A stretch of 63,935 bases of DNA, filler included, from Pirum gemmata (lineage: Eukaryota), in NCBI GenBank assembly GCA_002812295.1. It is 17 parts of 17 records of this genome, joined end to end, with 100 filler letters (N's around TTAATTAATTAA, not from the genome) between each part and the next. Parts side by side here need not be neighbours in the genome. Positions count along the whole stretch, not along the records: positions 50,717 to 54,217 come from PDIN01002429.1; positions 54,318 to 57,840 come from PDIN01002430.1; positions 57,941 to 62,110 come from PDIN01002431.1; positions 62,211 to 63,935 come from PDIN01002603.1; 13 more parts are not named here. One strand, 5' to 3'. Below the pieces are notes generated by a model that made no database searches, was not told where the DNA came from, and worked only from the letters and a program-made list of their open reading frames with translations. The position numbers and the translations under genes are program-made. This document shows positions 51,298 through 63,935 of the stretch, piece by piece; the stretch's first letter is position 1, and the number at the start of each line of letters is the position of its first letter.

Positions 51298-54081
51298 TTA
51301 ACTACATGAGTTTTCTTCTTGGACTATTTCTTTTTTCTTCTCTCCGCCAACTGCTTCATTTATACTATTAACATTAATTAAGTTAGCATTTGAACTTTTT
51401 TGTTTTGCTTTTTCTTCTTTAGACATGTTGCTCATACTCTTTCTGTGCTCCTTAGCCATGCTGTTCAACAACATAGGTAGTGTCTGCGCTTTCATCTCTT
51501 CCCATTCTTCTACCATCAATTCCTCAAATGTATCATTGAACTCAAAACCTTGATTAATTGCATCTTTAAATACACCATCTGGATTATTCCATCTTTTGTA
51601 AATAACTTCTTTGTTTCTAACTGTTGGAAAGTAATATAATGCATTATACAACATACCACATGCACGAATAATAGTAATACAATAAAACTTATACAACATT
51701 GGGTAGAAAAAGATAATTGCGGTGGGTACACGTAGCTTATGAGGAGTTAACAAAAACTGGTTCATTGCAAATCCAACCAAAATTTGGAATGTCCAAGCAA
51801 TTACAAAAGTGGAAACCAAGAACAACCTAAATTTAGGGAAAAAGAATACAAAAATAAATAAGTAGCAGTTTAACAATGCTAACTAACAATATTATTATAT
51901 TATTATTATATTATTTAAAAAATAGAATTTATGATAATGAAATAATTACAATGAAATAGAAAACTAACCATTTTCCAGTGAAAATACTGATAAAAGTAAA
52001 TGCCCAACCATACAATAGAATAAACCAATCATAAGGAATCTGAATTGACTCGAATAAGGCAAATCCACGAACTAACCACCAATTGTAACCCATCTTTGGA
52101 CTTATAACAAAAATCATCTGCAAAAATTTCAATAAGAAACGGTGACGAGATACATCCCAACCATAACCTCTTTGCGCCCACATACTAGGTTCCCCACAAG
52201 AGCAAGCATCAGGTTTTGTTTTTGGAAATGTTCGCATAATATAGTTAGGAATCCAATCTTTCTTGTGTAACCAACAGATAGGTACGTCTGTAGCAACAGC
52301 AACATGAGCAACAACAACTTTAGGAGCTTTACAGTGATTTCTATCCGGGTCTAAAATAAATGGCTTACCACAGTATTTGTGAAGAATCAAACCTTGCTGC
52401 ACATAGACTGGGCTATTTTACATATTTTTGATAAAAAAACCAAACATAATTTCACCCCTTGTAAGTTGTAAGTAACTATTTATTATAAATTTATTATAAG
52501 TTTTTACGTTTTATGACGTATTTTTATTTATTTTTTTAATCCCCTCTCGCATAGTGTTATGTCTAGCCAAAATATCACCAATAACTGGTAAACGCCAAGT
52601 ACTGTAAGCACCAGAAGCAAAAATAGTTGAACCCATTCTCGCTTGCAACATTTTATTAACACCTACAATCAAGTATTCATAATTTTCAAATAGTGCCAAA
52701 GTAGAATTGAAATTGGTAGCGTGCAATGGGTAAGCCAAACATTGTACATCCGGGTCTCTTCTAAAGTACTCAACAATTTCATCTTCATGCCAATCATCTG
52801 GAATCAAAGTGTCATCATCGATAAAGGTTACATATTCGATTCTAGTTCTATCAACAGTTTTTAACATAAACTGTACCGCAGCGAATTGGGCAACAGTTTT
52901 ACTACCTTCTTGTATAAAACCATAAGAAATATTACCACCTTTATATTCAGGATGTAATTCTTTATATTCCAAACTTAAAATCAAACAAATTCGTCTGGTT
53001 TCCTCTTGTTCTTCAATAGAACTACCATTATCCCCTACAAAAATTTGCCATGGCTCGCTATCAGCTAATGCCGCATCTAAAGTCAATGAAATTTTTTCAG
53101 AACTGTTGTGGCATGCAATAACAAATGCATGTCTATCACGACACATATCTACAGAGCTTTGAGAATCCGCTTCAGACATCATTCCAGTAGTTGAGCATCC
53201 AAATATACTTGATTTAGAAGCATCCACCTTTTCACCTAAATCTGGTTCACTAACACAAATGGAAATATCAGCACCGGGAGCGGCAGAGACTCTTGCTGGT
53301 CTAACTTCTATATCACCGTTTTCGTTCAGGTCTTTGAATGTAGTTCTACGTCCTAAAGATTGCTTTAGAACAGGCTCTTCAAATTCGTCAGATGGGATTT
53401 GGAGACCCACGCCATGTCTACTAACACTTTTGCGAATACTGCGTCTCATTCCAGCCCTTTGTGCAAATGCACTATCACCTATTTAAAGTTTAACAAAAAA
53501 ATAAAAATAAACAACACACATTAGAATATATGAAAAGAGTTGAATTGAAATATGTTTTATACCAATCTGTGTGACAAACAAAAACAGAAGTGTAATAAAG
53601 TATAATGCTTACTTGTGCCTGCGGCTTCTGTTGCCGTTTCATCTTCTGCTTCGGGTTTTTCAAGAGTCATTTCACTTTCAACCTTCTTATCCTTTTTGTC
53701 CTTCTTGTTTCTTTTCCAGAAATGTTTCTTTTTCTTCTTCTTAGCTAAAGGATTTGTTGGCCACTTAACAAACAAAACAATCAAAGTCATAATGGCCGTA
53801 TCTAATTGTAAGGCGAAAAACCACAACCAAAAACCAATGTCAGAAGCAGCAAAACTAAACTGACCATCTGCCAAAGTTTTCAAAGCTGATATAAATACTT
53901 CGTCTGGTGTCTGTTGGTGAAGGAACCAATTTAAAGTAAAGCCAGCCACAATACATGCAAAAATAAAACCTGCCACAACAATTAAATTTCGCGCACCAGG
54001 TGCAGATGATTCCCATTTGTGACCACCATAACAAAACAATAATATAGGGGTGATTGGGTACACAACTCCAATAATGAAAAT
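51298..54081 (-). CDS. Multi-pass membrane family-2 glycosyltransferase (processive polysaccharide synthase-like); 5' partial; exons about 54081-53613, 53478-52550, 52402-51969 and 51826-51298
   Basis: N-terminal TM helices, then FVIACHNS, VGDNGS, GSKT, FIDDDT (DxD), ENYEY, FASGAYSTWR, a variant QxxRW region (AQRGYGW) and C-terminal TM helices. The first and third introns are canonical GT-AG and in frame; the boundaries of the middle intron are unresolved. Confidence 0.85.
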
Positions 54082-55259
54082 CTGTCAATCCATATTATAA
54101 ATAAATAACATTAATAAATAAAATTATAAATTATAAATTATAATACATTATAATAAATTATAATAAATAATAATAAATAATAATGTTAACCAGTAACTAA
54201 ATAACATTAATAATAATNNNNNNNNNNNNNNNNNNNNNNNNNNNNNNNNNNNNNNNNNNNNTTAATTAATTAANNNNNNNNNNNNNNNNNNNNNNNNNNN
54301 NNNNNNNNNNNNNNNNNTTAATAATAAATACTATTTGCATTGCTTCGTGGAGCAGGAGCATCCGAAGTGAAATTAGCATTAAGATTCATTGATATTTAGC
54401 TTATACATATAAATTCTTGAAAAGGTAAAACGGCATCAGTTCAATCTGTTTAATTGTACCTATTAGGTAACGACAACGTGTATATACTTTTGAGCTGTAC
54501 TTTTGTGTTAATTTTATTATATATATGGACTTATTCTCTAGTAATATTATTTAATTTTATCATATTATTATCATAGTCTACCTACATACACAAAAAAAAA
54601 TAACTTGAATAGAGTCCTGCTAAAAAATTTTAAAATAATAAAAAGTACATGGCAGTGAGTCGCAGAGTACCACCAGCTACTACCACAGTCTACCAGTCGT
54701 ACTCTAGATGACGTTTTTTTTTTTTTTTTTTCGCCCATACGGTCCATACCCCCAAACGGGGGCTAGTTAATAGCTACTACTAGCTAGCTAGCTAGCTAGC
54801 TATCGATACTAGAGTATTTGTAGAGTATTTGTAGTATTTGTAGTAATGCAACTATAAATACCATAGAAAGAAAAAAAATTAATTATTATACTATTATTAT
54901 TTTCTTTTTTTTTTTTTGCGAATTTCCAATTTTCAAGAGCATGAATCGAGCTCCAACTATAGCTAGCTAGAGTATATTATCATAGCTAGCTAGCTAGCTA
55001 GAGTATATTATCATAGCTAGCTAGCTAGCTAGGTCTGTACAGTGTACACAGTCTACTACTAGCTAGACTATCGATAGCTACTAGACTACCTAGCTAGCTA
55101 GCTAGCTAGTAGGCTATGATAATGATAGCTAGTCTAGCTAGTCTAGCTAGCTAGTTACTAGCTATATCATATTATAAATCATCACTGTTAAATCGTATGT
55201 CATACTGTAGGCTGTAGGCTGTAGCTTGCTACATTATTTTTTTTTTTTTTTTTCCACAA

Positions 55260-57265
55260 AATAATGCCCCCCATAGATTCATAAGCGCAGGCCAAAAATA
55301 CTCCAAACATGTGGAGTAGCAGGAAGAAACAATGCCATAATAAATGAAATAATATCCTTCATTGAAACACAACCTTTTTACAAAGAGATAAACTACCCCA
55401 ATAACATACTATTAAATGGACCCTATTGACATGGAAAAAGCATTCGATAGAGCAAGATGAGTGCAAGATGGTCTTTATTATGTAACATTCTAGATTCCTT
55501 TGGATTCCCAGAAGAATTTGTAATAATAAACCAAAACTTCATGAAAACTCCATAGTACATATCAAAATCAAATGGTTTCTATTCAACACTTATAGTTGCA
55601 ACAAGAAGTATAAGACAAGGTTGCCCAATGTCAACATATATATCTTTTTGCCATATATATATATTAATAGAACTTTTACAAATTAAACAAGGATAAAACA
55701 AAAACAATATTAATGTACTTTCGTAAAATGTCAAGAAGAAAAAGACATTCTACATGTATACAGAATAACCAAAAAAAATGTAAACTAGAAACAATGGAAA
55801 ACCTAGGGGTTTTTATAGGAAACTCCCCGGCAAGTGAAAAAGAAAACTAACTACAACAAACTAGAAAGAAAAATAATTAATATAATAGAAACAACCAAAA
55901 AATCGAAAGCTCTATTAATACCATTAGCTATAGAAAGAATGAATTTAGCCAACACCTTAATGCAAGCAAAATCTCAATATTACATGCATATGTCCAAAAC
56001 CTTTATACCAGATAAATTACTTCAACCCCTACAACAAAAAAATCACAACCTTTAAATTTTATACCAACAACCAATTCACGCAAGATAATATCAAAACACC
56101 CAAAAGCAAAGGAGGTATCAACATGATCAATCTCTTAACACGGAGAAACGCCAGCCTTATTAAAAAATTTCAACACATCTTCGCATACAGTATTAATACA
56201 AATAACAATCACAACAAATCTTGCTGGTCACATTGCTTCCTCAGCAACTACAACTTACTCACTATCCAATCACATCATAACTACAATCAAAATCTCACAT
56301 TGCACAACATTATTAACAGCATTAACAACACAAAAAACAATAAATCATTACCAACATGCATGGATAATTCACACAATAGAAACCCTACAAAACATGATCC
56401 CAATACAAAACAACACAGAACGATCATTAAAACTAGAATACAACCATCAACATAACAACAACAATAACTTTAACTACTAATTTTACGATATAAAACAAAA
56501 TATCTTCATTAAAACCCATTAATACGTATACAACAACAATATAAAAATATATGTATTAATAAGAAAGAAACAACAAAACCAATAATAGAAATATGCTCAA
56601 AGTCTAAACCAATATTAATATTAATATACCTCCAAATAGTTGGAATTTACAAATGATCATGACAAACAGTAGTATAAAACGCATAGAAGAAAATCTCAAA
56701 ACAAAAACCTTTAATGGTAACAACCTAAACAACCTTTGGAATATATATATATATTAATATATATAGAATAAAATGAATGGGAAGAGATAATTAAAACTAC
56801 CAAAAATACTAAAAAGTCACCCAAAGAAAACCAACCAGACAGTGGGCGTCGAAAACCCAACCTTTTCAGAATCAATACTGTTCCAAAGAATTTCCACCAG
56901 AAGTCAAACTGTACTCAAACTGTACACCTTTCAACCTATATATTAATACAAATCTGTAAGACTAGCTAGCTAGAATGGCTATAGCTAACCTACATCAAAA
57001 ACCGAATATAGACGGCAACTCCAACAATATCCACATCAACGACTACAACGCTATAATTTTAGGAACAAAGTTTAAAAACAAAATTAAATATTTCTACAAC
57101 AAAAGAACAATACAATTATAATACTCATCATATATTAATAGACAAAATAATATTATTTGGTCTTATTATGAAAAGACTATGAAAAGTACAACAAGTCACA
57201 ACCAATTGACAATCAAATCATTAACTTATACCAAAGTATTATGAAACGAATCAATAAATTACAAC
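55260..57265 (+). mobile_element. Decayed L1/Tx1-like non-LTR retrotransposon, RT and C-terminal region
   Basis: Broken frames give IDMEKAFDR (about 55425), RSIRQGCPMS (about 55603) and PKSKGGINMINL (about 56098). It ends in a (TTA)n tract. Confidence 0.85.
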
Positions 57266-57298
57266 TTTTTAATTTTTAATTTATTATTATTGTTATTA

Positions 57299-57360
<62 letters not shown>

Positions 57361-58218
57361 TATTATTATTCGATGTTATTTATATACGTAACCTACTATG
57401 AATCTACTATGATACTATTTTTTTTATCATTATTATACAATATACATTCGACAAAGGAAAACGGGAACTTTTTTTTTTATTATTATTAAATTTTAACAAG
57501 CTGGATAAAAATGGGACATCCGAGTGACATCCGCCGTATGAACTCAAAATCAAAATAATCCAATTTTAAAATAAAAGTACTACCAAATTTTGAGAAATCA
57601 TTTGACTCTCTATTATGAACCAATAAAGTACCAATAACTAGCTAGTTTTTAAAAATAATTTGACTAGGTTTTTAGAAAAGAAGTCTAAAAAAGACTTCTA
57701 CAGCTCTATCGGGCTTAGTGAGACTTTTTAGACTCTTAGGGTTAGGGTTAGGAACTTAGGGTTACTCTAGTCTACGGGTACTGGTAGTGTACTAGCTACG
57801 TGTCATTTGTAAACCCTCAACCTAACTTCATAATTCTCAGNNNNNNNNNNNNNNNNNNNNNNNNNNNNNNNNNNNNNNNNNNNNTTAATTAATTAANNNN
57901 NNNNNNNNNNNNNNNNNNNNNNNNNNNNNNNNNNNNNNNNTTATTATTATTATTATTATTATTATTATGACAAGTATAATCTACCTTGACATTATGTCTG
58001 GCAATGTTAAAAAATTATTATTATTATTATTATAAGTATAAAAAACAAAAAAGAAAGAAGGAGGGAAGAAATAATAATAGTATCATAATATAATGAAAAA
58101 AAAAATTTCTTTTTCTTTTACTCATCAAGGAAGATGACAAGTAGTGTAATTAGAGTGTGTAATATTAAATTTAATTAATTTAATAGTCTATCATTTAATT
58201 TTAGTAGACCTCATGCTC

Positions 58219-58257
<39 letters not shown>

Positions 58258-58297
58258 AAACACACAGCACATGGGACATACCATATTTGGAAATTAT

Positions 58298-60052
58298 TCA
58301 CTAACCCTTTTCACTAACCTTTTTCACTAACCTTTTTCACTAACGGTATCAAAACCTTTTCCACTACTAAAACCTAGCTAGCTAGGACCAAACTAGGCTG
58401 CCTCCCTAACCAAACTACTAACCTAACCCACTAACTTAAACACTAACCCTTCACAAACCTGCCTTCCTTAACCAAGTTACTAACCATAAACCCTAACCAA
58501 ACTACTAACCTACCTCCCTAACCAAACTACTAACCATAAACCCTAACCAAATTTAAACTACTAACCTGCCTCCCTAAACAAACTACTAACCTTTAACTAC
58601 TAACCTAACCCACTAACCCTAACCTAGTTACTAACCCTAAACCCAAATCAAACTACTAACCCTAAACCCATACCAAACTACTAAACTGCCTCCCTAACCA
58701 AACTACTAACCTTAACTACTAACCTAACCCACTAACTAAAAACATTAACTCCAATCCCAACCTATTTACTAAACTGCCTTCCCTAACCAAACCACTAACC
58801 AAGCTACTAACCTGCCTCCCTAACCAAACTACTAACCATAACTACTAACCTAACCCACTAACTTAAACCCTAACCTAGTTACCAACCCTAAACCTAAACC
58901 AAACTACTAACCCTAAACCCTAACCAAACTACTAAACTGCCTCCCTAACCAAACTACTAACCTTAACTACCAACCTAACCCACTAACTAAAAACATTAAC
59001 TCCAATCCCAACCTATTTGCTAAACTGTCTTCCCTAACCAAACCACTAACCAAGCTACTAACCCTAAACACTAACCAAACTACTATCCTGCCTCCCTAAC
59101 CAAACTACTGACCTTAACTACTAACCCTAACCCTAACCTAAAACATTAACCCCAATCCCAACCTTTTTAATTAACTAACCTACCTCCCTAACCAAACTAC
59201 AAACCTTAACTACTAACCTAACCCATTAACTTAAAACATTAACATTAACCCTAACCTAAGCCACCAACTTACTAACTCACCCAAACTATTTTAACCTAAA
59301 TACTAACCCCCCATCCCAACCTGTTCACTAAACCCTAACCCTAACCCTAACCCTCCCTAACCAAACTACTAACACTAACTACTAACCTAAGCCACCAACT
59401 TAATAACTAACCCAAACTATTAACCTAAATACTAACCCCCCATCCCAACCCCTTCACTAAACCTAAACTACTAGCCTAAAACCTACTAACCTCTTTACTA
59501 ACCCAGATCCTAAACCCTTTTCACTAACCCATACTACTAACCTAAAACCTAACCTCTTTACTAACCTAAAACCTAAACCCTCTTCACTTACCAAAATTAC
59601 TAACCTAAAACCTAACCTCTTTACTAACGTAAATCAAAAACCCTCTTCACTAACCCAAACTACTAACCTAAAACCTAACCTCTTTACTAACCTAAATTGT
59701 AAACCCTCTTCACTAACCCAAACCGAAACTACTAACCTAAGACCTAACCTCTTTACTAAACTAAAACCTAAACCCTCTTCACTTACCAAAATTACTAACC
59801 AAACTACTAACCTAAACCCTAACCTCTTTACGAACCTAAATCCCAAACCTTCTTCACTAACCAAAATTACTAACCCAAACTACTAACCTATACCCTAACC
59901 TCTTTACGAACCTAAATCATAACCAAAATTACTAACCAAAATTACTAACCACAAATTACTATCAGATAACACAGATAACCCACCACACTAACCTTTTTAC
60001 AAACCTGCCCTAACCTCTACTCTATATACATAACCCTAACACTACCCTAACC
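58298..60052. repeat. Complex telomere-like satellite (ACTAACC, CCCTAACCAAACTACTAACC and AACCTCTTTACTAACC units)
   Basis: About 1.75 kb with a strong C/A strand bias and recurring subunits. Confidence 0.85.
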
Positions 60053-61760
60053 CGTTTTGTTTTCAGGATGTTCTCATTAGAGCGATTTTTTTGATCATTT
60101 TTTGTGATCTGATTGGCTTATGAGCGGGGTTTTGTTTTCAGTCTTTGTTTTTTTTTTGATCATTTTTTACTTTTAGGGTTAGGACAATATTTACACCTAA
60201 AGTCTAAAAAGTCACAACTATTCACAACTTATCTATAGTATATCGTATAAAATTATTAAATAATTTTTATTATTTAATTTATTATTATTATAATATTATT
60301 CACATCCATATTATTATTATAATATTATTATAATAATCTATGGTTTAGTCTATAGACTAGAGGTGCAATATTTCTGCTATTTTTTTCTATTAAATTTTTT
60401 TTTAGGGTTAGGGTTTTTTTGATCGTTTTTTGTGATCAGATTGGCTTATGAGCTTTGTTTTTTTTTGATCATTTTTTTGTTTTTTTTCATTTTTTTTTGA
60501 TTGGATGATGTAGGTTTTGTTTTTAGTCTTTGTTTTTTAACTTTTTACTATATACAGAAATTATTACACCTAAAAAGTCACAACTTTTAAACTAATTACT
60601 GGTATTACCGTACTCACAACTTATCCATATAATAATATTATAATATTATCATGCTTTTCAGTTATTTTGTCGTCATAAAATATATAATAAATAGTACCAA
60701 ATTAATACAATATAAATCCATTTCATTTAATTTGGTATATTTTATTATATATTTNTTTATTTTTTTAAAAGTATCAATTTAAATATTATAAACAACCAAA
60801 TAAATATTCGGGGTGACAAAATAAATGAAAAGCACAATATTATTATAATAATCATAATAATTGCTGATAATAATCTCGACCATTTATATGTCATAATACG
60901 ATAGTATCAGGCAATAATAGCAAAGTCATAACGTAACGTTTAATAGCTCATAGGGTTAGGGTTAGGGTTAGGGTTGGGGTTAGGGTTAGGGTTAGGGTTA
61001 GGGTTAGGATTAGGGTTAGGATTAGGGTTAGGATACGTGAAATAAAATTTCGAAAAAATAAAAACTGAAAACTATTTATCGTCAGTTTTCCTCTATAACG
61101 TAACGTAACTAACGTTAGCTCATACAAACTTTATTGGCGAAGAGCTGTTTGCAAAATAATGTAGACTCTAGAAATAATAATTTTGAATAAGGTTCATAAA
61201 GCTGTAATATAGTGTAACATTATATATCGCCTTTTTTTCTAAAACCCTAACAATTTCATTAATTTTAACTCCTCAATGTTAACCAAACCCTAATCATAAC
61301 CTTAACCCTAACCCTAACCCTAACCCTAACCCTAACCCCTAACCCTAACCCTAACNNNNNNNNNNNNNNNNNNNNNNNNNNNNNNNNNNNNNNNNNNNNN
61401 NNNNNNNNNNNNNNNNNNNNNNNNNNNNNNNNNNNNNNNNNNNNNNNNNNNNNNNNNNNNNNNNNNNNNNNNNNNNNNNNNNNNNNNNNNNNNNNNNNNN
61501 NNNNNNNNNNNNNNNNNNNNNNNNNNNNNNNNNNNNNNNNNNNNNNNNNNNNNNNNNNNNNNNNNNNNNNNNNNNNNNNNNNNNNNNNNNTTTAATTTCA
61601 ACTAGCCAAATTATTTTTAAAAGCTAGCTATTGGCTCATAATAGAGTTTTCTTAGCTAGACAATTTCGGTAGTACTTTCATCAACATTGGATTATTTTGA
61701 GATTTTTTTGTGGGCATGTGAGCTCATAATTATTATGCCCATAGCCCATAGACTATGGCG

Positions 61761-61795
<35 letters not shown>

Positions 61796-62210
61796 TTGAT
61801 TTTCGCTCGAACCATTATTATATTATTATTAGACTATAATGATTTCTAACTAATTTATAAGGATTGAAAAAAAGCTATGGATACTATCAAGCTACTAGCT
61901 AGCTATATGAGATATCTAGCTAGCTAGCTAGCTATATATGAGATATGTAGCTAGCTAGCTAGCTAGTATCAATAGTAGTAGTCTAGCTAGAGGAGGTATG
62001 ATAGTCTAGCTACTAGCTAGACTAGATAACAGAGGTACTCTTTATCAAAACATTACTTATAATTTACTAATTTTAACATGACGTCATTTATCTCCGTCCT
62101 TTTTTTTTTTNNNNNNNNNNNNNNNNNNNNNNNNNNNNNNNNNNNNNNNNNNNNTTAATTAATTAANNNNNNNNNNNNNNNNNNNNNNNNNNNNNNNNNN
62201 NNNNNNNNNN

Positions 62211-63935
62211 ATTGATGATTGATGGTTGGTGATTGATGATTGATTATTGAAATGATTGATTGATTGATTGATTATTATTGATCATTGTTATTGATTATTC
62301 ATTAGTGGATTTCTTATTTCTTATTTCTTATTATTGATGATTGATGATTGATGATTGATGATTAATGATTGATGATTGATGATTGATGGTTGATAGTTGA
62401 TGATTTATGATTTATGATTTTATGATTGATCATTATTGATTATTAATTATTGATTATTAATTATTGATTATTGATTATTGATTATTGATTATTGATTATT
62501 GATTATTGATTATTGATTTATGATTGATTGATGGTTTATGATTGATTGATTGATTATTATTATTGATCATTGTTATTAATTATTCATTAGTGGATACTGC
62601 GTATTACTATTATTGATAATTGGTTATTTCTTGTTTCTTGTTTCTTATTATTGATGATTGATGATTGATGATTGATGATTGATGATTGATGATTGATGAT
62701 TGATGATTGATGGTTGATGGTTGATGATTTATGATTTATGCTTTATGATTGATTATGATATATTATTGATTATTGATTATTGATTATTGATTATTGATTA
62801 TTGATTATTGATTATTGATTATTGATTATTAATTATTGATTATTGATTGATGATTTATGATTGATTGATTGATTATTATTATTGATCGTTATTATTGATT
62901 ATTCATTAGTTGATACTGGTATTAGTTATTTATTGATGATTGATGATTGATGATTGATGATTGATGATTGATGATTGATGATAGATGATAGATGATTAAT
63001 GATTGATGGTTGATGATTTATGATTTATGATTATTATTGATTATTGATTATTGATTATTGATTATTGATTATTGATTATTGATTATTGATTATTGATTAT
63101 TGATTATTAATTATTGATTATTGATTATTGATTNNNNNNNNNNNNNNNNNNNNNNNNNNNNNNNNNNNNNNNNNNNNNNNNNNNNNNNNNNNNNNNNNNN
63201 NNNNNNNNNNNNNNNNNNNNNNNNNNNNNNNNNNNNNNNNNNNNNNNNNNNNNNNNNNNNTATTGATTATTGATTATTGATTATTGATTATTGATTATTG
63301 ATTATTGATTATTGATTATTGATTATTGATTATTGATTATTGATTATTGATTATTGATGATTGATGATTGATTGATGATTTATGATTGATTGATTGATTA
63401 TTATTATTGATCATTGTTATTGATTATTCATTAGTTGATACTGGGAATTACTATTATTGGTTATTGGTTATTTATTATTTATTATTTATTATTTATTATT
63501 TATTATTATTGATGATTGATGATTGATGATTGATGATTAATGATTGATTATTAATGATTAATGATTGATGATTGATGGTTGATGATTTGTGATTTATGAT
63601 TTATTACTGATTATTGATTATTAATTATTAATTATTGATTATTGATTATTGATTATTGTTTATTATTGATTATTGATTGTTGATTGTTGATTATTATTTA
63701 TTTATTATTATTGATGATTGATGATTGATGATTGATGATTGGTGATTAATGATTTATTTTTGATTATTATTATTATTGATTATTATTATTGCTGATTGAT
63801 TAGTAATTAACTAGTATTGGTTATCGATGATTGATGATTGATGATTGATAATTGATAATTGATGATTGATGATTGATGATTGATGATTGATGATTGGTGA
63901 TTGATGATTGATGATTGATGATTGATGATTGATGA
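62211..63935. repeat. (GATGATT/GATTATT)n heptamer satellite with a higher-order unit of about 300 bp
   Basis: The marker ATTGATCATTGTTATTGATTATTCATTAGT recurs (with variants) at about 62277, 62562, 62881 and 63406. Confidence 0.9.

Noticed and set aside
54325..54389. Possible short first exon MNLNANFTSDAPAPRSNAN on the minus strand, as the 5' end of the GT2 gene
   Set aside because: It is too short to support, and it lies across an artificial linker from the GT2 contig.

Overview
AT-rich eukaryotic DNA with canonical GT-AG introns, TTAGGG-type telomeric repeats and no sign of a non-standard genetic code. The gene set (DH-PH RhoGEF, cyclin, METTL18-like, phospholipase B-like) suggests an opisthokont or amoebozoan microbe, but that placement is inference only. 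The window is not one locus. It is 17 short contigs or scaffolds (mostly about 3.5 kb) joined by 16 artificial 100-nt linkers (N-run, TTAATTAATTAA, N-run), so adjacency across linkers means nothing and most genes are partial. Genes seen: a DH-PH-DH RhoGEF, a METTL18/Hpm1-like first exon, a 643-aa probable secreted proprotein with two KRERR convertase sites, a phospholipase B-like gene (3 exons), an intronless bacterial-type maleate isomerase/EutA-like gene, a cyclin exon, a possible F-box/LRR exon and a membrane GT2 polysaccharide synthase. The rest is non-coding: several MITE-like families, decayed L1-like and piggyBac-like elements, interstitial telomeric tracts and satellites. The most unusual signals are (1) apparent P-type transposon excision scars with 17-nt arms and 7-bp target-site duplications (TSDs), one filled with telomeric repeat in the polarity expected from telomerase, (2) intergenic DNA built largely from TA-bracketed short words that appear as insertions at TA sites, (3) the KRERR proprotein, and (4) the probable horizontally acquired EutA-like gene.
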